Source: a virus
Virus record (IMG/VR): IMGVR_UViG_3300045976_000096
Location: 1-64,000 of that record
DNA length: 64,000 nt
Direction: 5' to 3' (one strand)
Shown here one piece after another: positions 10,274 through 18,669 of this stretch. The notes beneath the pieces were generated by a model. The model was not told the DNA's origin and searched no databases. It worked only from the letters and a program-made list of their open reading frames with translations. The translations under genes were made by a program, and so were the position numbers. Positions within the stretch are counted from its first letter, which is position 1. Every line of letters begins with the position of its first letter.

Positions 10274-10600
10274 ATGCCCAATCAAGCCCTGTTCGATCAG
10301 CGCATGGATGCAATGTCGGATGAGTTGCGCGAAGTCCGCGCCGCCATTTCCGAAGTCGCGAAGGCGCTGAACAAACTTTCCGTTCTCGAAGAACGCAACG
10401 TCGTCACCAACCAGGCCATCGAAAAGATCGCCCAGCGCCAGGACCGGCTGGAGGAAAAACTGGGCGCCGTGATTCTCGATCACGCCAAGTTCGAGGCCAA
10501 CATCTCTGGCATCTCGTCGACCATGAAAGTGATGTGGGCCGCCTTCGGCACCGGCGTCATCTACATCGGCGGCCAGGTGATCCAGCACTTCTCGCAATGA
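10274..10600 (+). CDS. Coiled-coil protein with C-terminal TM helix (holin/antiholin-like)
   Basis: Coiled coil plus hydrophobic C-terminus, directly upstream of the endolysin. Confidence 0.55.
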   Translation: MPNQALFDQRMDAMSDELREVRAAISEVAKALNKLSVLEERNVVTNQAIEKIAQRQDRLEEKLGAVILDHAKFEANISGISSTMKVMWAAFGTGVIYIGGQVIQHFSQ

Positions 10601-11241
10601 AGCTCGACCTCGCCACACTCGCCCTGTGCGCGCCGCATGCCGGCACCCGCGCGGCGGTCTTCCTGCCGCACGTGAACCGGGCGCTCGACCTGGCCGAGGC
10701 CACCACATTCAACCGCGCCACGATGTTCCTGGCCACCGTGCTGCACGAGTGCGGCGACTTCGGCCAGCTCGAGGAAAACCTCAACTACGGCGCCGAAGGG
10801 CTGCTCAGGACGTGGCCATCGCGCTTCTCGGCTCAGTCAGCGGTGACGTACGCCCGCCAGCCCGAGAAGATCGCCAACAAGGTCTACGCGCTGCGCGGCG
10901 GCAACGGTGACGAGGCGTCCGGCGACGGCTGGCGCTTCCGCGGCTCGGGCGGCATCCAGCTGACCTTCAAGGCCAACCAGGCCGCTTGCGCCCGCTTCTT
11001 CGGCAAGAGCCTGGATGAAGTCGGCGCCTGGCTGCGCACTCCGGAAGGCGCCATGCTGTCGGCCGCCTGGTTCTGGAAGACCCGCGGCTGCAACGACTAC
11101 GCCGACCACGACGACTTCGACGGCGTGTGCGACATCGTCAACATTGGCCGCAAAACCACCGCGCAGGGCGACGCGATCGGCTACGTCAATCGTCTGATCC
11201 GCCTGCGTTCGATCAAATCCATCCTCAAGGACAAAGCATGA
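10597..11241 (+). CDS. Endolysin, glycoside hydrolase family 19
   Basis: FLATVLHECG, EENLNY, GDGWRFRGSGGIQLT, SAAWFW motifs. Confidence 0.9.
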   Translation: MKLDLATLALCAPHAGTRAAVFLPHVNRALDLAEATTFNRATMFLATVLHECGDFGQLEENLNYGAEGLLRTWPSRFSAQSAVTYARQPEKIANKVYALRGGNGDEASGDGWRFRGSGGIQLTFKANQAACARFFGKSLDEVGAWLRTPEGAMLSAAWFWKTRGCNDYADHDDFDGVCDIVNIGRKTTAQGDAIGYVNRLIRLRSIKSILKDKA

Positions 11242-11459
11242 AATTCATCGACAAACTGAAGGGCGCCTGGCGCTCCAAGACCGTCTGGTTCAATGGCGCC
11301 GCCATGCTCGCGCTGGCCTACTCCAACGAGATTCTCGGGCTGCTCCCGCAACTGCAACCGGTGCTCGGTACGGACCACTACCAGCGCACCCTGACGGTCG
11401 TCACGTTCGCCAACGTCGCGCTGCGCTTCGTCACCACCAACCCGCTGGAGGCGAAGTGA
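11238..11459 (+). CDS. Putative holin
   Basis: 73 aa with two hydrophobic segments; between endolysin and spanins. Confidence 0.65.
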   Translation: MKFIDKLKGAWRSKTVWFNGAAMLALAYSNEILGLLPQLQPVLGTDHYQRTLTVVTFANVALRFVTTNPLEAK

Positions 11460-11917
11460 ATTTGACAGAAATCGGACGCAGCGCCATCGCATTGCTGCTG
11501 ATGATTTTGCTTGGATTCGCGGCGGGATGGATCGCCCACAACCCGGCGCGCCAGGAGGTCAAACAGCTGCAGGCCGAGCGTCGCACCACCAACGAGAATG
11601 TCGTCGAGGCCGTTCAGGCCAGCGTCAAAGTCGATGACGCCATCGCGGCCGACCAGGCCAGCATCAGCGACGTGCGCGCCAAGGTGGCCGCGCGTCTTTC
11701 CCAACCCGTCTATGCGAGCACCTGCCATGACCCTGACCTATACCTCCGACCCGAATCCACCGCCCAGCTGGCTGTTCACGATCCTGTTCCTGGTGGCGTT
11801 GCTGTGCTCGACGCTGGGACTGTCCGGCTGCTCAACGCCGCGCGCGCCGGGACCGAGCTTCGTGCCGCCGGCAGCGGCGATGGTCAAGAGCCGGCCGCTG
11901 CCGCTTCTATCCGTTGA
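11456..11917 (+). CDS. i-spanin (Rz-like)
   Basis: N-terminal TM helix and coiled coil; follows the holin. Confidence 0.7.
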   Translation: MNLTEIGRSAIALLLMILLGFAAGWIAHNPARQEVKQLQAERRTTNENVVEAVQASVKVDDAIAADQASISDVRAKVAARLSQPVYASTCHDPDLYLRPESTAQLAVHDPVPGGVAVLDAGTVRLLNAARAGTELRAAGSGDGQEPAAAASIR

Positions 11918-12071
11918 CCCTGCCGCGCCCGACGACGCGCCCACGCAGATCGACCTCAAGACCCTGGCCGACGACAGCCTGACGCTCACCGGCATGTACC
12001 GCGAGCTGGCACGCCGACACGACGCACTGGTCGACGCTGTCGACGCCTGGCTCAAGCAACAAGCCAAGTGA
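11727..12071 (+). CDS. o-spanin (Rz1-like lipoprotein) overlapping the i-spanin in another frame
   Basis: Hydrophobic signal ending in lipobox LSGC, then Pro-rich segment; start uncertain (11712 or 11727). Confidence 0.7.
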   Translation: MTLTYTSDPNPPPSWLFTILFLVALLCSTLGLSGCSTPRAPGPSFVPPAAAMVKSRPLPLLSVDPAAPDDAPTQIDLKTLADDSLTLTGMYRELARRHDALVDAVDAWLKQQAK

Positions 12072-12094
12072 AAAGCCGCCACGAGCGGCTTTTT
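12071..12094 (+). terminator. Rho-independent terminator ending the late/lysis operon
   Basis: AAAAGCCGC-cacga-GCGGCTTTTT. Confidence 0.8.
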
Positions 12095-12108
12095 CTTACT
12101 GTTTGTTC

Positions 12109-12128
12109 AGTCATCGCTGAGTTATAGT
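12109..12128 (+). promoter_or_regulatory. Palindrome abutting a -10 (phoH)
   Basis: AGTCAtcgcTGAGT-TATAGT. Confidence 0.75.
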
Positions 12129-12158
12129 AGAGGCTCCTTCACCCACCAGGAAGCTTCA

Positions 12159-12917
12159 ATGCGCAACAAGAAATCCAACGCCCAATCCCGCCGCGACGCC
12201 AAGCGCACCGGGATGCACCCCGACCAGCAGTTCGCGGAATCCATGCCGCCGCCGACGCGCGTAAAGCCTTCCCCCTTCGAGCCAAAGAACGAACGTCAAC
12301 GCGCCTACGCCGGTGCCATGCGGCGCGTCGGGAACGTCGTCTTCGGGATGGGGCCGGCCGGCACCGGCAAGACCTACGTGGCGGGCTGCCTGGCTGCCGA
12401 AGCACTCGAAGCCCAGCGCGTGCAGCGCATCATCCTGACGCGCCCGGCGGTGGAAGCCGGCGGCGAGAACCTGGGCTTCCTGCCGGGCGAGAAGGAAGAA
12501 AAGTTCGACCCCTACTTTGATCCGTTCAGGGAAGTTTTGGAGGAACGCCTGGGCAAGTCGTTCGTGGCCTACCTGATCAAGGAAGGTCGGATCAAGTGCG
12601 AGCCGTTCGCCTACATGCGCGGCAAGACCTTCAAGGACGCCTTCGTGATCCTGGACGAGGCCCAGAACGCGACCACCGAGCAGTTCAAGCTGTTCCTGAC
12701 CCGCATGGGCGAGAATGCCACTGTCGTCATCAACGGCGACGAATCCCAGGCTGACATCAAGCGCTCCGGCCTGGTGGAAGCGGCCGCCCGCCTGCAGCAC
12801 ATCCCGAGCGTGAAAATCGTCGCGTTCCGCAAGGCCGACATCGTCCGTTCCGGCTTCGTGCAAGAGGTGGTGGAAGCGTTCGAGAACCGGGCGCCGCTGC
12901 CGCTGTCCCTGCATTAA
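12159..12917 (+). CDS. phoH: PhoH-family ATPase
   Basis: GPAGTGKT, LTRPAVE, LGFLPG, YMRGKTF, ILDEAQN, GDESQ. Confidence 0.95.
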   Translation: MRNKKSNAQSRRDAKRTGMHPDQQFAESMPPPTRVKPSPFEPKNERQRAYAGAMRRVGNVVFGMGPAGTGKTYVAGCLAAEALEAQRVQRIILTRPAVEAGGENLGFLPGEKEEKFDPYFDPFREVLEERLGKSFVAYLIKEGRIKCEPFAYMRGKTFKDAFVILDEAQNATTEQFKLFLTRMGENATVVINGDESQADIKRSGLVEAAARLQHIPSVKIVAFRKADIVRSGFVQEVVEAFENRAPLPLSLH

Positions 12918-13044
12918 ACGCTGGAGCCGGCCCCTTGTTCCTTCTGGCGTGGGAGGCACTTGGGGCCGCGTCCAGACTTATCACTTCCACCCCATTTCTA
13001 TAAGTATTATCTATTATTAGGTAACTGCTTAAATACAAAATATT

Positions 13045-13770
13045 ATGCAAACCGAGGACAATCCCAAGCCGATCGAGCGCACCCACGGCGCCTTCTTCGG
13101 CAGCGAAATCGACCACTTCACCTGCGAAGCGCTGGCCATCGCGAAAATCGACCGCAAGCTCCTGGCGGTCGAAGGCTCGCTGTACAGCCGCAAGTGGTTC
13201 GACTACCGGCGCCTGCACCCGACGATGGCCACCTACCTGTTCGCCCATCATTACAATATTGCATACGGGCGTTTCATGGGCGAGGCGTTCGACCACAAGA
13301 AGCGCTTCATGGCGGCCTTCAAAGGCAAGGATGTCATGACCGCGCGCGAGGTGAAATCGTTCTGGAAGCTGCGCCAGAAGACCGACGACCTCGGCATCCG
13401 TTACGACTTCTTCTGCCGGCACGTCATGCAGTGGTGCATGATCAATGGCTGGCGCCAGCCACCGCGACCCGCGCATGCCGCCACCAACGACGACATGCTG
13501 GTGTGGATCATGAACCAGTGGGCCGAGGAGCAAAATGCCAAGATCCAGTGGGCCAAAGATCCGCACTTCGCGGCATCCAACTGGCGCGGCGCCAACGATC
13601 AGGTCGCGTACGAGGAATACCTGCTGGAGCAGATCAAATCCAAGCCCATGCCGCAGTACGCGTTGCATGCTGCGCTATATATCTATGACGCGCTGCGTAT
13701 TGAAACGGCAATTGGCAAGCTGCCCGCGTCGGCAGTGCAAGCCGCCATCGAATTTGAGCAGCGTAGATAA
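13045..13770 (+). CDS. Hypothetical protein upstream of the helicase
   Basis: 241-aa ORF with phage-like codon usage. Confidence 0.7.
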   Translation: MQTEDNPKPIERTHGAFFGSEIDHFTCEALAIAKIDRKLLAVEGSLYSRKWFDYRRLHPTMATYLFAHHYNIAYGRFMGEAFDHKKRFMAAFKGKDVMTAREVKSFWKLRQKTDDLGIRYDFFCRHVMQWCMINGWRQPPRPAHAATNDDMLVWIMNQWAEEQNAKIQWAKDPHFAASNWRGANDQVAYEEYLLEQIKSKPMPQYALHAALYIYDALRIETAIGKLPASAVQAAIEFEQRR

Positions 13771-13789
13771 GTCATCGCTGAGATATAAT
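13770..13789 (+). promoter_or_regulatory. Palindrome abutting a -10 (Hfq-like/helicase operon)
   Basis: AGTCAtcgcTGAGA-TATAAT. Confidence 0.8.
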
Positions 13790-13839
13790 GACGAGGTCAG
13801 CGCAAGACGCGCCCCAAACTCAACCAGGAGAAGTTCAAA

Positions 13840-14262
13840 ATGACAACCACCGATTCCATCCGCGCCGACCAGATCGCGGAGGCCCGCCGCCTTGCCGAGC
13901 AAGATACCGAAGTCGCCCGCCCGACCTTGCGCCTGCCGCCCGGCGCCGACCGCCGTCCCACCGCCCCCGGCAGCCGTACCGGGGCCGGTGCCCAAGCCAA
14001 GAAGACCCTGAAAGGTCACGAGGCGTTTCTGAAAGCGCTGGAAATGAACGACGCCCGCATCGAAGTCGAAAAGTGCGACGGCACGATCTATCGCGGCGTG
14101 TTGCGCCATACCGACAAGTTCACCCTGACGGTCAACGTCACCGAGGTTGGCAGCGTCGACGGCGCGAGCTTCATCGCCATCGAAGGGCGCGACCGTGTCA
14201 TCTTCAAGCACGACATCAGCGAATTCTCGGCCCTGACCGCCCGTAAAGTCGAGGCCCAATGA
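13840..14262 (+). CDS. Hfq-like (Sm-fold) RNA-binding protein
   Basis: HEAFLKAL...CDGTIYRGVLRHTDKFTL (Sm1) and VIFKHDIS (cf. Hfq VYKHAIS, Sm2). Confidence 0.75.
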   Translation: MTTTDSIRADQIAEARRLAEQDTEVARPTLRLPPGADRRPTAPGSRTGAGAQAKKTLKGHEAFLKALEMNDARIEVEKCDGTIYRGVLRHTDKFTLTVNVTEVGSVDGASFIAIEGRDRVIFKHDISEFSALTARKVEAQ

Positions 14263-15725
14263 TGACCGACGCAGCGCAAACGGCAGAAGAACAAGTCATC
14301 GCGCTTGTCGCCGGCGCGATGACGGGAGCCGGCCATGCCGCGCCACCGGCCACCGCGTCCGCGCCCGACGTGCTGTTTGGCGACGAGAAGTTCGAGTTCG
14401 ACGGCGAGTTCCAGACCAAGGTCGCGGTCCACGCGATGCGCAACCTGGACTTCCTGCGCAAGATCGCGCACCTGCTCAATCCTGGCTATTTCGAGAACGC
14501 GGGCGAGGCCGCGATGGTCAACATCGCCCTGCGCTACTACCGGCAGTACGGCACCGTACCGACCGTGCTGGCCGCGAAAGAATTCTTCGCCGACGACATC
14601 CGCAACAAGGTGATCCGCTCGGACATCAAGCCGGCCGCGATGGAGGCCTTCAAGCAATGCTTCCAGCCGGCCGCGGACCTGTCCGACGGCAGCTACATCG
14701 CCGAGCGCGTCGCCGAATTCGCCCGCCACCAGGCCATCAGCGCGAGCATCCTGCAGGCCGTCGAACTGCTCGGCAACAAGCAATTCGACAAGATCGCCAA
14801 GAGCGTCAAGGCCGCATGCGAGGTCGGCATCAACACCAACGGCGAGGAATACGACTACTACGAGCGCATCGAGGAGCGTACCAGCGAGCGCGCCGACCGC
14901 CTGGCCGGCAAGCTGCCGCCGACCGGGATCACCACCGGCCACCGCCTGATCGACGACCTGCTGTATCACAAGGGCTGGGGTCGCAAGGAACTGTCCGTGA
15001 TTCTGGGTGGCGCCAAGTCGGGCAAGACCACCTTCCTGATCAACGCGGCCAAAGCGGCCTCGTTGGCGGGCTTTAACGTGCTGTACGTCACCTGCGAGGT
15101 GGCGGCGCGCATCATTTCGGAACGTCTCGACGCGACCATGTCGGACACCGAAATCAAGAACCTGATGGCGAAGATGCACGACGTCGCCGGCAAGGTCAAG
15201 GCCATCATGCCACGCGCGGGCAAGATCAAGATCGCCGACTACCCGTCCGGCACGCTCACGCCCTCCATGCTGCGCGCGCTGATCGAATCGTACAAGTCGC
15301 CGCGCCTGCTGCCCGACGGCACCGTGCGCGACCCGATCCAGTTCGACATGATCGTCGTCGACTACGCCGACATCATGGCCCCGGATTTTCGCACGCAGGA
15401 CAGTATCGAGAACAGCAAGAGCATCTACCTGGCCCTGCGCGCCATCGCGCAAGAGGAAAACGTGGCGATGCTGTCGGCCACGCAGACCAACCGCGAAGGC
15501 ATGAAGTCGACCGTGGCGACGGCAACCCACGTCGCGGACGACATCAACAAGGTGCGCACGGTGGACATCATGATTTCGATCAATATCACGGACGAGGAAC
15601 GCGCGAACGGCGAAGCGCGTCTGTATTTCGCGGCATCGCGTAACCAAGCCGGCGGTTTCACCATCTTCATTAAGCAGGAGTTGGAGAAAATGAAATTCAT
15701 CGCCAGCATCATCAGGGTGGAGTAA
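14259..15725 (+). CDS. dnaB: Replicative DnaB-like helicase
   Basis: GITTG, GGAKSGKT Walker A, IVVDYAD, SATQTNR. Confidence 0.9.
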   Translation: MMTDAAQTAEEQVIALVAGAMTGAGHAAPPATASAPDVLFGDEKFEFDGEFQTKVAVHAMRNLDFLRKIAHLLNPGYFENAGEAAMVNIALRYYRQYGTVPTVLAAKEFFADDIRNKVIRSDIKPAAMEAFKQCFQPAADLSDGSYIAERVAEFARHQAISASILQAVELLGNKQFDKIAKSVKAACEVGINTNGEEYDYYERIEERTSERADRLAGKLPPTGITTGHRLIDDLLYHKGWGRKELSVILGGAKSGKTTFLINAAKAASLAGFNVLYVTCEVAARIISERLDATMSDTEIKNLMAKMHDVAGKVKAIMPRAGKIKIADYPSGTLTPSMLRALIESYKSPRLLPDGTVRDPIQFDMIVVDYADIMAPDFRTQDSIENSKSIYLALRAIAQEENVAMLSATQTNREGMKSTVATATHVADDINKVRTVDIMISINITDEERANGEARLYFAASRNQAGGFTIFIKQELEKMKFIASIIRVE

Positions 15726-15727
15726 TC

Positions 15728-15847
15728 ATGCGACTGGAAGATTTTGAAATGGAGCACGGCATCAGGCGGCGCATGACGCGCAGCAAGCTGGCGAACTGCT
15801 GGATCAACTTCTGGCGCCGCGTGTGGCGCTGGGCATGCGAGAAATAA
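15728..15847 (+). CDS. Small basic Trp-rich ORF (39 aa)
   Basis: GGAG RBS at the helicase end; MRLEDFEMEHGIRRRMTRSKLANCWINFWRRVWRWACEK. Confidence 0.45.
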   Translation: MRLEDFEMEHGIRRRMTRSKLANCWINFWRRVWRWACEK

Positions 15848-15957
15848 AACGTGGGCCGCGCGCTAAGTGTGGCCCGGAAGCTCGCGCGCTGGGTGTGCGG
15901 CCTTCTTCTTGAGGAGAAGCCGCACGTCAAGTACGACGAGCGTTACTGGAGAGGCCA

Positions 15958-16140
15958 ATGAAGATCGACCCGAAAGAAGTATCCGCCAAGCTGCAGCTGG
16001 CCACGCTCGCCTCGTGCGGCTGCCTGACCAAGACGCCGGAAATCGCCTACCATGAACCGCACTGCCGCTACCGCGTGCTGACCGAGGCCAAGATCCTGAT
16101 CGACCTGGCCTACAATACGCCGACCCAGGAGGTGGCATGA
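15958..16140 (+). CDS. Small Cys/His protein
   Basis: GGAGAGG RBS; CGCLTKTP...YH...HCRYR; ATGA overlap with primase. Confidence 0.65.
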   Translation: MKIDPKEVSAKLQLATLASCGCLTKTPEIAYHEPHCRYRVLTEAKILIDLAYNTPTQEVA

Positions 16141-17240
16141 GTCATCACGCCAGCTACGGCCGCGACGAGGAATTGCAGGAGGCGATCGACGCCATCGACA
16201 TCGAGGCGTGGCTCGACCAGGAGGGTATCCGCTACCGCAACACGCGCGGCGCGCGCGGCCCGCAGCTGAATGTCCAGACCTGCCCGTGCTGTGGCAATTC
16301 CAACTACAAGGTCTACCTGTCAGCCGAAACCGGTCTCGGGAACTGCTTCCACGGTGACTGCGAAACGAAGTTCAACCGCTGGAAGTTCATCAGCGCCTAT
16401 CTCGGCTTGCCGGCGCGCGACGTCATCGAGCACATCAAGGCCTTCGCGCGCGAGCAGGGCTGGCGCCCGCCCAGGAAACGCGCGATCGCCGTCAACAACC
16501 GCGGCCCGCTCACGCTGCCCGAGTCGTTCGCGCTGCCGCATCAGGGTCGCAACCTGCGCTACCTGGACAACCGCGGCATCAACGGCGACATCGCCGCGTA
16601 TTTCGAGCTTCGCTACTCGCACCGCGGCCACTTCGACTACCTGAGCGAGGATGGCGACCCGATGCGCCAGGACTACAGCAGCCGCATCATCATTCCGATC
16701 TACGATCTGGAAGGCGAACTGGTGTCGTTTCAGGGCAGGGACATCACCGGCACGGCCGACAAGAAGTACTTGTTCCCGCCCGGCTTCGCCTCCACCGGCA
16801 GCCACCTGTACAACGGCTACAACGCCATCGGCGTCGAGCACCTGGCCATCGGCGAAGGCGTGTTCGACGTGGCTGCCATCAAGGTCGCGTTCGACGCCGA
16901 AGTCACGCTGCGCGACGTGGTGCCGATCGGCTCGTTCGGCAAGCACCTGTCCTCGGGTGACGAGAACAGCCAGCTGGCCAAGCTCACCCAGCTCAAAGAC
17001 AAGGGCTTGAGGATCGTCACCTTCATGTGGGACGGCGAGAAGCAGGCGATCAAGGACGCGGTCAAGGCCGCGCAGCTGGTCGCCAGCGTCGGCATCACCG
17101 CGCGCGTGGCCCTGCTGCCGAAGGGGAAAGATCCGAATGAATGCGCGCCACAGCAGGTCAGGGATGCGTTCTGGAAGGCGGTGCCGATCAACAGCGCGGC
17201 CGCCACGCGGCTCATGCTGATTGCCGAGCGCGATTATTAG
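16137..17240 (+). CDS. DNA primase (Zn-binding domain + TOPRIM)
   Basis: CPCC...CFHGDC, FQGRDI, EGVFD, KDPNE. Confidence 0.9.
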   Translation: MSHHASYGRDEELQEAIDAIDIEAWLDQEGIRYRNTRGARGPQLNVQTCPCCGNSNYKVYLSAETGLGNCFHGDCETKFNRWKFISAYLGLPARDVIEHIKAFAREQGWRPPRKRAIAVNNRGPLTLPESFALPHQGRNLRYLDNRGINGDIAAYFELRYSHRGHFDYLSEDGDPMRQDYSSRIIIPIYDLEGELVSFQGRDITGTADKKYLFPPGFASTGSHLYNGYNAIGVEHLAIGEGVFDVAAIKVAFDAEVTLRDVVPIGSFGKHLSSGDENSQLAKLTQLKDKGLRIVTFMWDGEKQAIKDAVKAAQLVASVGITARVALLPKGKDPNECAPQQVRDAFWKAVPINSAAATRLMLIAERDY

Positions 17241-17256
17241 GATTGCTCGCTGGATC

Positions 17257-17298
17257 AGTCACGAATGAGTGGTCGATCCTGACGAGCGACGGTATCAT
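17257..17298 (+). promoter_or_regulatory. Palindrome + CCTGA-N10 promoter
   Basis: AGTCAcgaaTGAGT-7 bp-CCTGA-10 bp-TATCAT. Confidence 0.75.
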
Positions 17299-17334
17299 AA
17301 GCAACATCAGCGCGACGTGCGCGAGGGAACGAAT

Positions 17335-17781
17335 ATGTCTTATCACATTGAAACGCATTATCTGGAGCACATCGGCGGCACCAAGTTCTATGAGACGGTG
17401 CGCATCAGCGAGCCATCCGGCCCGTGCCTCCTGATCAAGCGCTGGGGCGCCATCGGCGTCAAGAACGGCGGCGGCCAGACCAAGTACGAGCGCGGCGACC
17501 AGGCCACCGTGCTGGGCGAGGAGCGCCAGATCCTCAACGAGAAGATGAAGAAGGGCCACAGCGAAACGCCGTTCGCCTACGGTCTGCACAAGTCGAACCG
17601 GTCCACTCTGTCGGCCGATGTGCTGCAGATCGCCGTTCACGAGCACCACGGCAGGGAAATCGCCGAATACGTTACCGAGTACTTCGGTCTCGGCGCGCCC
17701 GGCGCCGTGGTCAGCGAGGAGCCGCACGCCCCGGCACCGGCCGCGAGCGAAATGCAGGACGAGCGCTGGGGGAGTTGGTAA
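17335..17781 (+). CDS. WGR-domain-like protein; ends WGSW
   Basis: TKFYE...LIKRWGAIG...GQTK pattern. Confidence 0.6.
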   Translation: MSYHIETHYLEHIGGTKFYETVRISEPSGPCLLIKRWGAIGVKNGGGQTKYERGDQATVLGEERQILNEKMKKGHSETPFAYGLHKSNRSTLSADVLQIAVHEHHGREIAEYVTEYFGLGAPGAVVSEEPHAPAPAASEMQDERWGSW

Positions 17782-17993
17782 TGACGACGGTGACGCTGGC
17801 ATTTGAACATGACGCGATTGCCGACTTCGTCGAACGCCTGACGCCTGACATGCAAACCGCGGTGCGCCAAAACATGCTGTGGAACCTGCGCAACGCCATC
17901 GACTTCGAGCGCCGCCGAAAGCAGGAGCACGAAGAACTTGAACAATACATCACAGAAATCGCCGACAAGGGCGAGCACTGGGCCACATGGTAA
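17781..17993 (+). CDS. Hypothetical protein; ends WATW
   Basis: GGGAG RBS, TAATG coupling. Confidence 0.65.
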   Translation: MTTVTLAFEHDAIADFVERLTPDMQTAVRQNMLWNLRNAIDFERRRKQEHEELEQYITEIADKGEHWATW

Positions 17994-18003
17994 GGAGAAC
18001 CCG

Positions 18004-18669
18004 ATGATCAACGAACCCATCAATCACGACACGCCGCACCCGGCCAGCGCCAGCGCCGGCCCGGACAACGCCTACTACCTGCGTCACTGCGCCGACATCG
18101 AGCGCGGCCCGGCCTACGCGGCCTGCCTGTCGCGCCTGCACGACATCGACAAGGGCGTGGCTAACGAGCGTACCAGCCAGTGCGAAAAGGCAGTGCACGA
18201 AAAGCGCTGCATCGCCGCCGGCATGCGCGAACAGGAGACCCTGGCAGGCAAGGCGCTGTTCTACTTCCCGCGCAGCAACAAGCCATTCCTGCCGGTGCAG
18301 GTCGCGGGCGACTTCGGCATCCTGATCACCAACCTGACCGATCCCGCACTGGTCCCGAAGAAGGGCGCGCCTGCGCCCGCGAGAAAGCCCGTAGCGCCCG
18401 CCAAAACGCTCGACGAGCACCTGACCCACGCGACCACCGCCGGCTTCGCAGAAGCGCTGAATAGTGCGATTGCGGACACGCCTGCCCGATCGGCAGACGA
18501 ACCGGCAAAACCCGCGCCCGCAATCACCCCGAAACCCGCGCCAGTGGCGGCTCCCCAGCCGCCGGCGCAACCGGCAAAGCCGGCCCTGGCGATGCTGCCG
18601 GGGGAAACGCCTTTGCAATACGCCCGCCGCCGTCTCGCGGCCAATACCACCAAAACTGAGGACGCATGA
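18004..18669 (+). CDS. Hypothetical protein with Cys-rich N-terminus and Pro/Ala linker
   Basis: AAGGAG RBS; coupled to ligase. Confidence 0.7.
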   Translation: MINEPINHDTPHPASASAGPDNAYYLRHCADIERGPAYAACLSRLHDIDKGVANERTSQCEKAVHEKRCIAAGMREQETLAGKALFYFPRSNKPFLPVQVAGDFGILITNLTDPALVPKKGAPAPARKPVAPAKTLDEHLTHATTAGFAEALNSAIADTPARSADEPAKPAPAITPKPAPVAAPQPPAQPAKPALAMLPGETPLQYARRRLAANTTKTEDA

